Under the pieces are notes generated by a model. That model saw only the letters and a program-made list of their open reading frames with translations. It was not told the DNA's origin and searched no databases. The position numbers and the translations under genes are program-made. Shown in pieces: positions 10,699-22,512 of a stretch of DNA of 64,000 bases. The DNA is from an uncultured beta proteobacterium (lineage in GTDB: Bacteria > Pseudomonadota > Gammaproteobacteria > Burkholderiales > SG8-39): contig CAVRDW010000001.1 in NCBI GenBank assembly GCA_963719995.1, forward strand, positions 259,770-323,769, read 5' to 3'. The stretch's first letter is position 1, and every line of letters starts with the position of its first letter.

Positions 10699-11172
10699 TC
10701 AGGCGAGCGCATTGAATTTCACCGGGTCGACGAGGATCCCCCAGATCGCTTCGCGCGAGCCCGAGATCATGCGCGCCAGGGAGGGATCGCCGTCCTGGAG
10801 GACGGCGAGCACCTTCAGCACCAGCATGTCGTACGGCTGACGCAGCGCGCTGACGCCGCTTGCGCCACCGCTCTGGTGATATGCCCGGACCTGCTGCAAC
10901 AGGTCATCCATCTGGTTCTTGAGCGCCAGCTTGGTGAACACGCCGATGGCGTCGGTGCTGCGCAGGCGCTCCTTCAGGGCCGCAACGTCCAGCGTTGGTG
11001 CTGGCGCGGGCTTGGCGGCCGCGCTCTTGGCCCGCGCGGCCTGGGTCGGCTTGACGCCCGTGGGTGCGATGACCGCGGGTGCCGTGGAAGGCTTCGACGG
11101 AGCCGGCGGCGCGTCGACGACGGTGGCGCAGCCCGCCACGACGGCGAGCAAGCCGACCACTGCGCGACGCAT
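10699..11172 (-). CDS. hypothetical lipoprotein
   Basis: Within ORF 10699-11307. MRRAVVGLLAVVAGC lipobox, Pro/Ala-rich linker, helical C-domain. Confidence 0.65.
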   Translation of the reverse strand: MRRAVVGLLAVVAGCATVVDAPPAPSKPSTAPAVIAPTGVKPTQAARAKSAAAKPAPAPTLDVAALKERLRSTDAIGVFTKLALKNQMDDLLQQVRAYHQSGGASGVSALRQPYDMLVLKVLAVLQDGDPSLARMISGSREAIWGILVDPVKFNALA

Positions 11173-11218
11173 GCCGTGCACGGCAAGACGTCCGTGACGA
11201 GCGATGGCCGTCGGGCGG

Positions 11219-11542
11219 CTAGCGCTTGGCGACCAGGATACCCACCAGCAGGCCGGCCGTAGCCGCGACGCCGACCGCGGACCACGGGTTGTCGTGCACG
11301 TAGCCATTGACGGCGGCTGCGCTTTCCCGGGTCTTGTCGTACATCGGCTGCGACGCGTCCGCCAGCGCGATCTTGGCGCGCGACACCTTTTCCTCGAACT
11401 TCGCCCGCGCCGTCGCGAGGCCTTCGCCCGACATCGTCGCTGCGGCTTTCAGCAGATCCTCGCTGTCGGCGATCATGGCCCTGAAATCGGCGGCGATCCT
11501 GCTGCCGGCCCGGTCGAACTCCTTCACTGACTGAATGGTCAT
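11219..11542 (-). CDS. DUF883/ElaB(YqjD)-family C-tail-anchored stress protein
   Basis: MTIQSVKEFDRAGSRIAADFRAMIADSEDLLKA...ENPW-like DNPWSAVGVAATAGLLVGILVAKR terminal anchor. Confidence 0.8.
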   Translation of the reverse strand: MTIQSVKEFDRAGSRIAADFRAMIADSEDLLKAAATMSGEGLATARAKFEEKVSRAKIALADASQPMYDKTRESAAAVNGYVHDNPWSAVGVAATAGLLVGILVAKR

Positions 11543-11564
11543 GGCTGTCTCCTGGGTTTGAAAC

Positions 11565-12264
11565 TCATGGTGCCGCGGGGGCCAGCGTGCGCCAGTCCTC
11601 GTTCTCCCACGGCCGCGCGGCTGCCTTACCGGACATCTCATAGCGGCGCGCGGCCTCGTCCCAGTCGGCGATCGCCCACCAGGCATTGAGGTAATCGAGC
11701 CGCCGGTTCTCGTGCTTCAGGTAATAGGCATGTTCCCAGACGTCGTTGACCAGCACCGGGAAATGACCCTGCGTCAGCGGGTTCTCGTGGCCGCTGGTGG
11801 TGGTCACCTGCAGCTTGCCGCCGTCCCTCTGCGCGCGCGACGAGCCACACCCAGCCGGAGCCGAACACCTTGTTGCCCGCTTCGGCGAAGCGCGCCTTGA
11901 GCTGCGTGAAACTGCCGAAGTCGCGCTTGATCGCGTCGGCGAGCGCGCCGGTCGGCTCGCCGCCGCCGCCGGGCGACATCGCGAGCCACAGCAGGCTGTG
12001 GTTCAGATGCCCGCCGGCGTTGTTGCGCACCGCCGTGCGCGCAGTCACCGGGATCTCGCCCGCGTTGAGCAGCAGCCAGAGGGCCGAGCGATGCTGCAGC
12101 TCGGGGCAGTCCGCAAGGGCTGCGTTCAGGTTGTCCACGTACGACGCGTGGTGCTTGCCATGGTGCAGCATCATGGTGCGCGCGTCGATGTGCGGCTCCA
12201 GCGCCGCATAGGCGTAGGGCAGGGCCGGCAATGCGTGCAGCGGCCCTTCGCGACCGGATCCCAT
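11565..12264 (-). CDS. Fe/Mn-family superoxide dismutase (Mn-type signature), one frameshift
   Basis: N-part (LPALPYAYAALEPHIDARTMMLHHGKHHASYV, NNAGGHLNHSLLW) lies in the frame of ORF 11638-13242. C-part (DVWEHAYYLKHENRRLDYL) is ORF 11565-11807. The frames join at about 11825, an extra G in GAGGGAC. ATG 12264-12262 overlaps the upstream stop. Confidence 0.85.
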
Positions 12265-12422
12265 CACAAGCGGCCCGTGAGGACCAGCACCAGCAGCACG
12301 ATCACCACCACCCCGAGCACCCCGCTGGGTGCGTAACCCCAACTCCTGCTGTGGGGCCAGCTGGGAAACGCGCCCAGCAGCGCCAGCACCAGCACGATCA
12401 GTATCACGGTCCCGAGTGTCAT
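12264..12422 (-). CDS. DUF3309-family small membrane protein (52 aa)
   Basis: Own translation: MTLGTVILIVLVLALLGAFPSWPHSRSWGYAPSGVLGVVVIVLLVLVLTGRL, after GAGGAG. The WPHSRSWGY motif is characteristic of the family. Below the ORF-track size cut-off. Confidence 0.75.
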   Translation of the reverse strand: MTLGTVILIVLVLALLGAFPSWPHSRSWGYAPSGVLGVVVIVLLVLVLTGRL

Positions 12423-12443
12423 TGCGTTGCTCCTCGATTCGCG

Positions 12444-15400
12444 CTATGTCCGAACGGCAAGCGTCTGCGGAATTGTCCGCGTGCCGTGAGGAACGCTCGG
12501 TGCGCTGGCGCACACGCCGCCGCTGGCTGGCGGCCGCAGGCGGACCTCCACCTGGTGCTCCTGGCGGTCGTCGCGCAGCTGGATCTCCGGTTCCGGCTGG
12601 ACGATGCCGTCCACGCTGACGCGCATTTCGGCATCGGCGCCGGCGGATTGGCGCACGGTGATGCGGTAGGTGGTTTGCCGGAAGCGATAGCGCAAGCGGA
12701 ATTCCTGCCAATCCGCCGGCAGGCAGGGGGCGAAACGCATGCGGTCCGCCGTTACCCGCAATCCGAGCAGCGATTCGGTGATCAGGCGGTACATCCAGCC
12801 GGCGGAACCGGTGTACCAGGTCCAGCCGCCGCGCCCGGTGTGCGGGGCGACGGCGTAGACGTCGGCGGCGACGACGTAGGGTTCCACCTTGTAGCGGGCG
12901 GTCCCGTCGGGCGAGGCGCCGTGCTGCAGCGGGTTGATCATGCCGAGCAGCTCCCAGGCGCGCGCGGCATCGCCCTGCGCGGCGAAGGCCATCGCCGCCC
13001 AGATCGCCGCGTGGGTGTACTGGCCGCCGTTCTCGCGCACGCCCGGGCACGTAGCCGCGGATGTAGCCCGGATCCAGGCCCGACTTGTCGAACGGCGGGT
13101 CGAGCAGCTGGATGAGCGCGTGGTCGCGGCGCACCAGGCGCTGATCGAGCGCGTCCATCGCCAGCCGCGCGCGTGCGGGTTCGCGCCGCGCCGGACAGCA
13201 CCGACCAGCTCTGCGCGATGGAGTCGATCTGGCATTCGGCATTCGACGCCGAGCCCAGCGGCGTGCCGTCGTCGAAGTAGGCGCGGCGATACCACGCGCC
13301 GTCCCAGCCGTGCTCCTCGATGTTCAGGCGCAGCCGCGCGGCTTCCAGCTCGCAGCGCTCGGCGAAAGGCTGCGTCGTCTCGCCAGGCGCGCAAGCACGG
13401 CGAACTGCGTCAGCACCTCGTGCAGGAAGAAGCCCAGCCACACGCTTTCGCCCTTGCCCTGCAGGCCGACCAGGTTCATGCCGTCGTTCCAGTCGCCGGA
13501 GCCCATCAGCGGCAGGCCGTGCGCGCCGAACCGCAGGCCCATGTGGATCGCACGCACGCAGTGCTGGTACAGGCTCGCGGATTCGCGCGGAGCGCTGCGG
13601 CAGGTCGTAATAGGAATCCTCCCCGGGGTTCACGACGCGGCCGTCCAGGAACTGGACCTGCTCCTCGCAGGATCGCGCTGTCCCCGGTGCTCAGCACGTA
13701 GCGGCAGGTCGCCAGCGGCAGCCACAGGTAATCGTCCGAGCAGTGCGTGCGCACGCCGCGCCCGGACGGCGGATGCCACCAGTGCTGCACGTCGCCCTCC
13801 GGGAACTGGCGCGCGGCGCACAGCAGCAGGTGCGCGCGCACCAGCTGCGGCTCGGCGTGCACCAGCGCCATGACATCCTGCAGCTGGTCGCGGAAGCCGA
13901 AGGCGCCGCCCGACTGGTAGTAGCCGCTGCGGCCCCACAGGCGGCACGCCATCGTCTGGTAGACCAGCCAGCCGTTGCACAGCACGTCGAGCGACCGATC
14001 GGGCGTCTCGATCTGCACGGCGCCCAGGGTCTGTTGCCAGTACTGGCGCACGGCGTCGAGCGCCACGCGGGCCGTGCCGGACTTCCGCAGGCGCTGCACC
14101 AGGCGGCTGGCGTCGTCGGCGCCGCGTCCCACGCCCATGCGGAAGATGATCTCGCGCGACGGCGCCGTCGGCGAGGTCGAACGGGACCTGGATCGCGGCG
14201 CAGGGGTCCATGGCCGCGCCCACCTTGCCGGACAGCCGGGCGCGGCGCGAGGGCAGCCGGGTTGCGCAGCGTGCCGTTGCGCCCGATGAACTCGGTGCGA
14301 TCGCCGCTGACGGTCCGGGTTACGTTCGTCCACGTCGAAGAAGGCGACCTGCTCGGCGAATTCGGGGTTGTAGGCGTTGCGCGCAAGCAGCGCGCCGCTG
14401 CCGGGATCGATTTCGGTGACCACGTGCATGCTCGATTTCGTGCCGCAGGTCGCCCAGCACCCATTCCACGTAGCCGGTCGCGGAGAGGCGGCGCGGCCGG
14501 CCCGAGGCGTTGCGCACCTTGAGCACCGCGAACTTGACCGGCATGTCGAGCGCCACGTAGACCGTGCAGCTCGGTCGCGATGCCGTCCTCGGTGTGCTCG
14601 AACACGCTGTAGCCGAAGCCGTGCCGGCGTGACGTAGTCGCCCGTGCCGCGGGCAGGGCAGCGCGCGTCGGCGACCAGACGTGCCCGGTCTCCTCGTCGC
14701 GCAGATAGAAGGCTTCGCCGCTGGCGTCGCCGACCGGGTCGTTGTGCCAGGGCGTGAGGCGGAACTCGTGGGCGTTCTCGTGCCAGGTGTAGGCGGCGCC
14801 GCTTTCGGAGATCACGCAGCCGAAGTGCGGATTGGCCAGCACGTTGACCCAGGGCGCGGGGGTGGCCTGCCGCTGCGACGTCGTGATCACGTACTCGCGC
14901 CCGTCGGGCGTGAAGCCGCCGCAGCCCGTTGAACAGCAGCAACTCGCGCGGCGCGGCCACAGCAGGCTGCGCCGGTTCGGCGCCGTGGGCGCGGGTCGCG
15001 ACGAAGCGCGGGATGACCGGCTCCACCACGGCGCGCCGCTTGACCTGTTCCGCGAGGGTACCCCGGCCGTCGGTGAAGACGACGCGCGCCACCGCCTGCA
15101 GCAGGATGCGGTCCTCGCTCGAGATCTGGTCGGCGGAGCGCACGAAGATGCCGCCGGGCCGGTCGATCACGTTGCGCTTCGACGCCGGCGGCGATCAGGC
15201 CCATGATCTGGTCGTGCAGCAGCTGGCGGTAGCCGCCGCGCTCCTCGTTCCAGATCACCAGGTCGACCGCCAGGCCCTTCAGGCGCCAGTAGGCGTGGGC
15301 CTGGACCAGCTGGCGCACCAGCTCGATGTTCGCCGGGTCCTTCAATCTGCACCAGCACGATCGGCAGGTCTCCCGAGATGGCGTAGCCCCACAAGCCCGG

Positions 15401-18400
15401 ACTGCCCGCGCCGGTTCCTGGCGATGACGCCCGCCTCGGCGCGCAGCGCAGGCATTGGCGTAGAGGATCGAGCTGGCGAGGCGCCCGTAGAGCTGCGCAT
15501 CGGCTTCGGTGACGTTGATCTGCCGCAGCGCGACCTGGCTGTGCGTCCAGGCCATCTCGAAAGCGCGATCGGCAAGGCGACGGTCCTGGTACTTCTCCGC
15601 CAGGTGCAGGCAGGCGGCGCGGCTCTCGCCGACGCCGGTGACCAGATCGAGCGTGGCCGTCTGCAGCGGCTCGAGGGCGAAGCGCTGCCGGATGGCGACG
15701 ATCGGGTCCAGCACCGAGCCCTGGCTGCCCGAGAGCGCGCGGTCGTCGCGCAGCGCCTGCGGCTCGGTCACGCCGTTGCCGCGGCCGATGAAACGCGACC
15801 GGTCGGTTTCGTACGACACCTGCGCGGCCTCCGCTCCGTGCAGCGCCATCAGATGCAGCATCCAGGGCGTCGATTCCTCGCGGCGAGCGCGGCCGGCGCG
15901 TGCACAGGATGGCCTGCCGCGCAGGCACGATCTCGGTCTGGACGAACAGGTTGCTGAACGCCGGGTGCAGGGCGTCCGCAGACGCGGCGCCGAGCACCAC
16001 CTCGGCGTAGCTCGTCACTTCGATGGTCCGGCGCGTGCCGGAGCGGTTGGTGATGCGAAGCCGGCGCAGCTCGATGTCATCCTCCGGCGACACCACGATC
16101 TCGGTATGCGTGTCGAAATCCGCGTCATGGCGGCGGAACTCCACCCGCTGCTCGGTGAACATCGCTTCGTAGGTATCGGGGCGCTTCAGCGTCGGCTGGA
16201 AAGCGCTCGACCAGAACTGGCCGCTGTCCACGTCGCGCAGGTAGCAGAACGTGCCCCACGGGTCGCGCGTGCCGTCCTCGCGCCAGCGGGTGACGGCAAG
16301 GTCCTTCCAGCGGCTGTAGCCGCCGCCCGCGTTCGTGACCATCACGTGGTAGCGGCCGTTGGACAGGAGCTGCACTGCGGGCATCGCCGTATCGGGCGAG
16401 CTGAACACCCGCATCAGCGGCTCGAGGTTCTCGGCGGCGGCGCGGGGATCGATCCGCTCCGGGTGACTCAGATAGAACGCATTGGTCTTCGGTATGCGTT
16501 CCTGCAGCAGCAGCAGGGTGGCCTGGAACTGCGGATCGGATGCGAAGCGCCGCTGCATCGGCCGCTCGAGCAGCAGGTGCGCCAGCGCCAGCAGGCTCAT
16601 GCGCCTGGTGGTGGGCCATGAACGAGCGCACGACGGCGCTGGTCTCCGCGCGGCGCAGGCGCGCCGGCGTGTAGTCGATCGCCTCGTAGAAGCCGAACCT
16701 GCCCAGAATGCCGTCGGCGGCGAGCCGCTGCAGGTTTTCGCAGGCCGCCTCGGGCTCGATCATCAGCGCCAGCGCCGTGGCGTAGGGCGCGATCACCAGG
16801 TCCTCGCCCAGGCCGCGATTGAGGCCGAGGCCGGGCACGCCGAACGCGCGGTACTGGTAATTGCGCGCCGCGTCGATCGTGTTGTACCCGGACTCCGACA
16901 TGCCCCAGGGCACGCCGCGCCGGGCGCCGTACTCGATCTGCCGCGTGACCGCCACGCGGCAGCTTTCGTCGAGCAGCGTGTGCTCGTAGGCTGGCATCAC
17001 GATCAGCGGCATCAGGTACTCGAACATCGAGCCGCTCCAGGAGAGCAGCGCCGGCCCGCTGCCGGCGTTGACGAGCAATCGTCCCAGCGCGAACCAGCTC
17101 TGCTGCGGCAGTTGCCCCTGTGCGATCGCGACGAACACCGCAAAGCGCGCCTCCGAGGCGAGCAGGTCGTAGTAGCCGGCATCGCACTTGCGTTCCGTCA
17201 CGTTGTAGCCGATCGCCAGCAGATGCCGGACGTCGTCATACAGGAATTCGTAGTCCGCGCGCGCCATGTCGCCCGCCTGCGTCGCGAGATGCGCGATCTC
17301 CTCCATGCGCGCGCGCGCGGGCGCACTGCCTTGCTTGGCCAGCTCGCGCAGCGTCGGCATGCTGTTCGTGTACGGCACGGCCGGCAACGGCGCGAGCAAG
17401 GTCAGCTCATCCAGGGCGTCCTGGCATTGCCGGCCGAGCGCGCGCGCCCAGTCCAGGGGCTCTGCCTGCGCCTCTGCGTCGAGGCCGCCCACGATCTGCG
17501 CGCTGCCGGCCGCGAGCTGCTCCAGGACCACGCGCGCGGCCGCGATGGAAGGCGGTCGCTCGGCCAATGCGGAATCGAGCGCCTGCCGGAAGCGGAGCAG
17601 GGCGCCCGACGCCAATTGCGGCGCGGCGTCGGCCAGCGTCCTGGCGGTGTCATCCACTCCCTCCAGCCATCGCGCCGCGAGCACCGGCTGATCCGGCAGC
17701 GCAGCCAGCCCGGCGCGCAGCGTCAGCAGATGTCCCGCGAGGTTGCCGCTGTCGACCGTGGACACGTACATCGGTAGCAGCGGCCGCAAGGAATGCGTGT
17801 CGTACCAGTTGTAGAAGTGGCCGCGATACCGCTCCAGCTTGTGCATCGTGGCGAGCGCATGGCGCGTGCGCTCGATGAGCTTGCCGGCGGGCACATAGCC
17901 GAAGTCGTACGCCGACAGGTTCGCGAGCAGCGCCAGACCCATGTTGGTCGGGGAGGTGCGGTGCGCGAGCGCCGTGGCAGCGACTTTCCTGGAAATTGTC
18001 CGGCGGCAGCCAATGCTCCTCCGGCCCGACGAAGGTCTCGAAGAAGGCCCAGGTCCTGCGCGACACGATGCGCAGGAACGCGATCTGCTCAGGCGTGAGC
18101 CGAGGCTGCGGACGCTGCAAGCGGGCGGCTGAGCCACCACGCCAGCAGCGGCGACGCCGCCCAGAGCAGCAGCAGCGGTGCGGCCACTGTGAGCGCCGCG
18201 GGCTGGGCCAGCAGCAAACCCAGCGTCGTGGCGGCCGAGACGAAGGGAGCGATCCACATCGAACGCAGTGACGCTTGCAGCCCGGAGCCGCCGCCGCCGG
18301 CGGGCGCTCCGCTGTCGAACTGGCTCGGTGTCCACTGCAGGAGCCGCCGTCGCGTGATCAGCATGCCGACCAAGGTGCGCAGGATGGCATCCAGGCTCTG

Positions 18401-21111
18401 GAAGGCCTCGTAGGGCAGGCAGGCAAGCGTGAACGTCGCCTGCGCCAGGCGCGCCCCGGCCGAGCGCAGGACTCCGGCGAGATGCTGGTGCAGCACCGTG
18501 TCTTCCGGTTTGCGCAGCAGATCGACGCATCGAGGCGATCAACCCGGGTGCCAGCAGCACTGCCAGCACGACGAGGGTCCAAACCCAAGCCGGCCACAGC
18601 AGGGCCCATCCCAGCAGCAGCAGCAGCGTCAGTGCCGGGGCGACCAGGCTGCGGCGCAGGTTGTCGAAGATCTTCCACTGCGACAGGCGCGAAAGCGGAT
18701 TGGCCTCCGTGCCGCCGTCCGCCGCAGGCACGCGCCGGCGCAGCCAGCCGGCCAGCTGCCAGTCGCCGCGCATCCAGCGGTGCCGGCGGCTCGACGTCGG
18801 CGCTGTAGCGCGAGGGATACTCCTCGTAGAGTTGCACGTCGCTGCACCAGTCCGGAGCGCGCGTAGCACGCCTTCCAGCAGGTCGTGGCTGAGGATGCGG
18901 TTCTCCGGAAAGCGTCCCTTCAGCGCGCTGTTCGAAGGCGTCGACATCGTAGATGCCCTTGCCGATGAACGAGCCTTCGCCGAACAGGTCCTGGTAGACA
19001 TCGGAGACCATGCGCGTGTACGGATCGATGCCGGCTTCCTCGCCGTGCAGCCGGGCGTAGCGCGAGCGGTTCGCCTCGGTCAGGCTCACCGCCACGCGTG
19101 GCTGCAGGATGCCGTAGCCCGCCGTCACGCGCCGGCGGGCGGCGTCGTAGCGCGGGCGGTTGAGCGGATGCGCCATGGTGCCGACCAGCTGGCGCGCCGC
19201 GTCCCGCGGCAGCTGCGTATCGGTATCCAGCGTGATCACGTAGCGCACGCCGGACAGGACAGCGATCCGGCCGACGATGCGGGAGAACGGATCGACAACG
19301 CCGCCGCGCAGCAGGGCGTTCAGTTCACCCAGCTTGCCCCGCTTGCGCTCGTGCCCCATCCACATCCGCTCGCGCGGATTCCAGCGGCGCGGGCGGTGGA
19401 ACAGGAAGAAGGCATCCTCGTCCCCCGCCTTCCCGGCGCCACGGTATTTCTCGTTCAACTCGGCGATGCGCTGCGCGGCGAGTTCGACGAGCGCCCCGTC
19501 CTGCGGCAGCGTTTCCTGCGGCGCGTCCGCGAAGTCCGTGAGCAGCCCGAAGTGCAGGTGCGCGTCCCGGTTGGCAAGGAAGCGGACCTCGAGCGCCTCG
19601 GCCAGGTCTTCGACGTCCCGCACGCTGCAGATGAGAGTCGGGATCACCACGAGGGTCCGGCATCCAGGCACGATGCCCTTGGAAAAATCCATGCGCGGCA
19701 GCGGCTGCGGCGGCAGGAGCAGAGTCGTCAGCCAGTTCACCAGCGCTATTGCGAGCTGACTGGTGCCGAGGGCGGCCAAGGCGCCGCACAGCAGGAGGAG
19801 CCAGCCACGTGCGCCGTTGGCATGGGCCTGCTGGAGCAGGCCGGCCGTGAATGCCGCCGTCACCAGCGCAATCGCGCCGAAATAGAGGCAACCGCCGTGG
19901 ACGCGCCGGATGGCCCGCGCGGCTGACCTGCGCATCCGCACCCTGGCTTCGAGCTGGGGCAAACCGCCACTGACCAGGTAGTAGCCGACATGCGCGGCGC
20001 GATCGTCACCCCCATCGCGCGCCGCGGCCTCGCGCGCCAGCTGCACGCAGCAGCGCGCCACCTGTTCCTCGGTGTGCTCGCTGCGCCTGGCGATTCTTTC
20101 CAGCACGTGGCGATAGTGGTCACGCGTGGCGAAGTCCATCCGCCCGTACACGCCGCCCGGATCCTCGCGCAGGCTGCGCTCGGCGAGGCTCATGGTCTCG
20201 ACGAACGCGTGCCAGTCGGTCGCGGCCAGCAGGCGCAGGCTGCCGATGCTGTTGCTGATGGAGACCTGGTCGGCGGCCTGCTGCTGGTTTTCCGATTGCA
20301 CCAGCTGGGCGGTGGACAGGCCAAGCTCGGACAGCCGCTGCTCGATCCAGTGCAGCGGCATGACCAGGCTCGCGCTTTGCCCCTGGAGCCGCCGCACGAG
20401 CTCCGCCACGAAGGCGCTGCTCATCGGCGGGTTGGACCGCGCCATGTCCGCAACCACCAGGATCAAGCTGTTGGGTTCGGTCTGCGCGACCTGCGTCATG
20501 CGGCCGGCCCAGTAATCGGCCAGATCCAGGCCCTTGCGATGGGCGATGATGCGGGTGGCCGCGCGGCGCAGATTCTCGATCAGCGCCAGGCGCAGCATGA
20601 TCGGCACGGCCCACAGCTCGCCCAGGGTCAGCGTGGTGACGCTCTGGTAGGCCGTGATGAAGCGGCGGAAGCCCTCTGGATCGATCTGTCCGTCGCCGTG
20701 CGAGATGGCCTCCAGGGCGATGTCGTAGGCGCGCGGCAGCCCGGCCGATGGCCCGCTGCCCAGGTGCGGCAGCTCGCGGCTGTAGTCCTTGGGCAGGTGC
20801 TTCTTGGCGGTGCGAACCTGCTCTTCGATCAGGTGGAAGTTGTCGAGCAGCCATTCGCCGGCAGGCGTGCCCGGCCGATCCTCCCGGATCGCCGCCGTGA
20901 GCACCTGGCAGGCCTTGAGCAGCACGCCTTCGTTTTGCGCCAGGCGCGCGAGCAGCTGGTCGCGCGAGCGCTTCGGCCCCGGCGCGTGCGAAGCCGCCAG
21001 CGCCTTGCCATGCTGTTCCATCTGATCGGCGCCGAGCAGCTCCGAGCGCAGCGGCGGCTCTTCGATGGCGCCCCCGGCGCCGCCGCGCAAGCGCCGGAAC
21101 AGGTTCCGCAC
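12444..21111 (-). CDS. ndvB: cyclic beta-1,2-glucan synthase (NdvB/ChvB/Cgs-like, about 2,890 aa), frame interrupted at least 20 times
   Basis: Homologous sequence hops among minus-strand ORFs 18358-21111, 16125-19001, 18089-18496, 17650-18120, 15167-16600, 14887-15861, 13506-15170, 13691-14890, 12938-13633 and 12444-13394. The N-terminal membrane/glycosyltransferase part includes YVITLDTDTQLPRDAA. The C-terminal GH94 phosphorylase-like part includes YYQSGGAFGFRDQLQD and WWHPPSGRGVRT. Start is GTG 21111, or ATG 21204 if there is one more frameshift. Confidence 0.9.
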
Positions 21112-21411
21112 CTGGGGCAGGATGTCGATGTTGATCTCTCTCCTGGTCAGCGATCGCCCAGCCCGATTCTTCTTCGCTGAGGACTGCGAACGATCCGCTA
21201 CTCATCGCATTATCCACGCGAGCGGGCGCGAGGCTCGGTGCGGTGCCGAACGAACCGCCGGCCGCATTCTTTTCAGCTGGGTACGTTGACGAACGGAATG
21301 CCCAGGGCGAACCGACCAGAATGCGCCATTCGTCAGGCGCGCAACGGCGGCTCGCAGTGCCGCCGCCGATACCCGGGCGGACCCCAGTCAACCACATAAG
21401 AGAAAATCATC

Positions 21412-21723
21412 ATGACCCAATTGAAGCGCCTGTCCGCAATTCTTCTCGCCCTCGCGTTCGCGACGATCCTGGGATGTGCGGGAACCTCGACCAAGGAAAG
21501 CACCGGCGAGTACTTCGACGACACCTGGATCACGACGAAAGTGAAGTCCGCTTTGGTCGACGATCCGCAGATCAAGTCCGCCGAGATCAACGTCGAGACC
21601 TTCAAGGGCGTCGTGCAACTGAGCGGTTTCGTCAGCTCGAGCGCGGCCATGCAGCAGGCGGTCAAGGTCGCCAAGGGCGTCCAGGGCGTGACCTCGGTCA
21701 AGAACGACATGCGGATCAAGTAG
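21412..21723 (+). CDS. BON-domain lipoprotein (OsmY-like)
   Basis: Intact 103-aa ORF. Lipobox LGCAG. BON domain DTWITTKVKSALVDDPQIKSAEINVETFKGVVQLSGFV. Confidence 0.9.
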   Translation: MTQLKRLSAILLALAFATILGCAGTSTKESTGEYFDDTWITTKVKSALVDDPQIKSAEINVETFKGVVQLSGFVSSSAAMQQAVKVAKGVQGVTSVKNDMRIK

Positions 21724-21837
21724 CGACGCCGCCGCAAGCTGCCGCAACGTGCGGTAGCGAACAGAAAGCTCCGGATGGAAGCAGCAAAGTGTCAACGGGT
21801 GCCTCGCTCCCTCCCTGGTGGGGCACTTGGAGTCCTT

Positions 21838-21873
21838 GGCCCGGAATGGCAACCCCATTCCGGGCCTTCTTGC
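21838..21873 (+). terminator. rho-independent terminator after the BON gene
   Basis: Perfect 12-bp stem GGCCCGGAATGG / CCATTCCGGGCC with loop CAACC, followed by TTCTTGCT. Confidence 0.7.
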
Positions 21874-21903
21874 TGCAGCCCCAGGGAAACCGCCGGAGAC
21901 CGC

Positions 21904-22512
21904 ATGCCCCGCCATCTCGCGCGCGCCATGTATGACCAGCTCGAAGACACGCTGACCTCGATCACCATGCAGTTGCGCTCGGCCATCCAGGCCGACGCCA
22001 GCATGCCGGCGCGGGTCAATGGCAGGGTCAACGAGGCGATCGGCCGCCTGCGGCGCAGCAGCGGCTGGGCCCGTCAGGTATCCGCCGAGCTCGGCTCGGT
22101 CCTGCTGGACACGCTGGGCCTGGCCGCAACGGTCGAATGGCACGTGCGCCAGTTCCGCAAATGCACCGGCATCCTTTGCGAGCTGACGGTGAACGACGCG
22201 GCCAGCGTCGACCTGCCCGAAGGCTATGCCGAGTCCGTCTATGACATGTACAGCGAGGCGCTGAGCAATGTCGCGCGCCATTCCGGCGCGAGCCGCGTGG
22301 CGATCGCGCTCGCCATCACGCCGGTCCAGGTGAGCCTGGCGGTGCACGACAATGGCATCGGGCTCGGCGACGCGACGCCGGTCTCGGGCGCCGGCAGCAT
22401 CGCCGCAATTTGCGCGCGCGCGAGGGCCTACAAGGGAAGTTGCGAAGTCAACGGCACGCGCAATACCGGCACCACCCTCACGGTGAGCCTGCCGATGTCG
22501 AGAGCGTTGTGA
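21904..22512 (+). CDS. stand-alone HisKA_3/HATPase_c histidine-kinase-like protein with Tyr at the phospho-His position
   Basis: Within ORF 21775-22512. LARAMYDQLEDTLTSITMQL aligns residue-for-residue with the NarX-type H-box IARELHDSIAQSLSCMKMQV, placing Y where H is expected. N, G1 (VHDNGIGLG) and G2 boxes are present. There is no sensor or TM region, and only 5 residues precede the H-box. Confidence 0.7.
   Translation: MPRHLARAMYDQLEDTLTSITMQLRSAIQADASMPARVNGRVNEAIGRLRRSSGWARQVSAELGSVLLDTLGLAATVEWHVRQFRKCTGILCELTVNDAASVDLPEGYAESVYDMYSEALSNVARHSGASRVAIALAITPVQVSLAVHDNGIGLGDATPVSGAGSIAAICARARAYKGSCEVNGTRNTGTTLTVSLPMSRAL

Noticed and set aside
21112-21411. Crp/FNR-type operator in the ndvB / BON-gene divergent region (TGACGAA ... 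TTCGTCA)
   Set aside because: The two half-sites are about 38 nt apart and do not match the TTGAT-N4-ATCAA or TGTGA-N6-TCACA geometry. I found no repeat of the motif upstream of other genes in the block.
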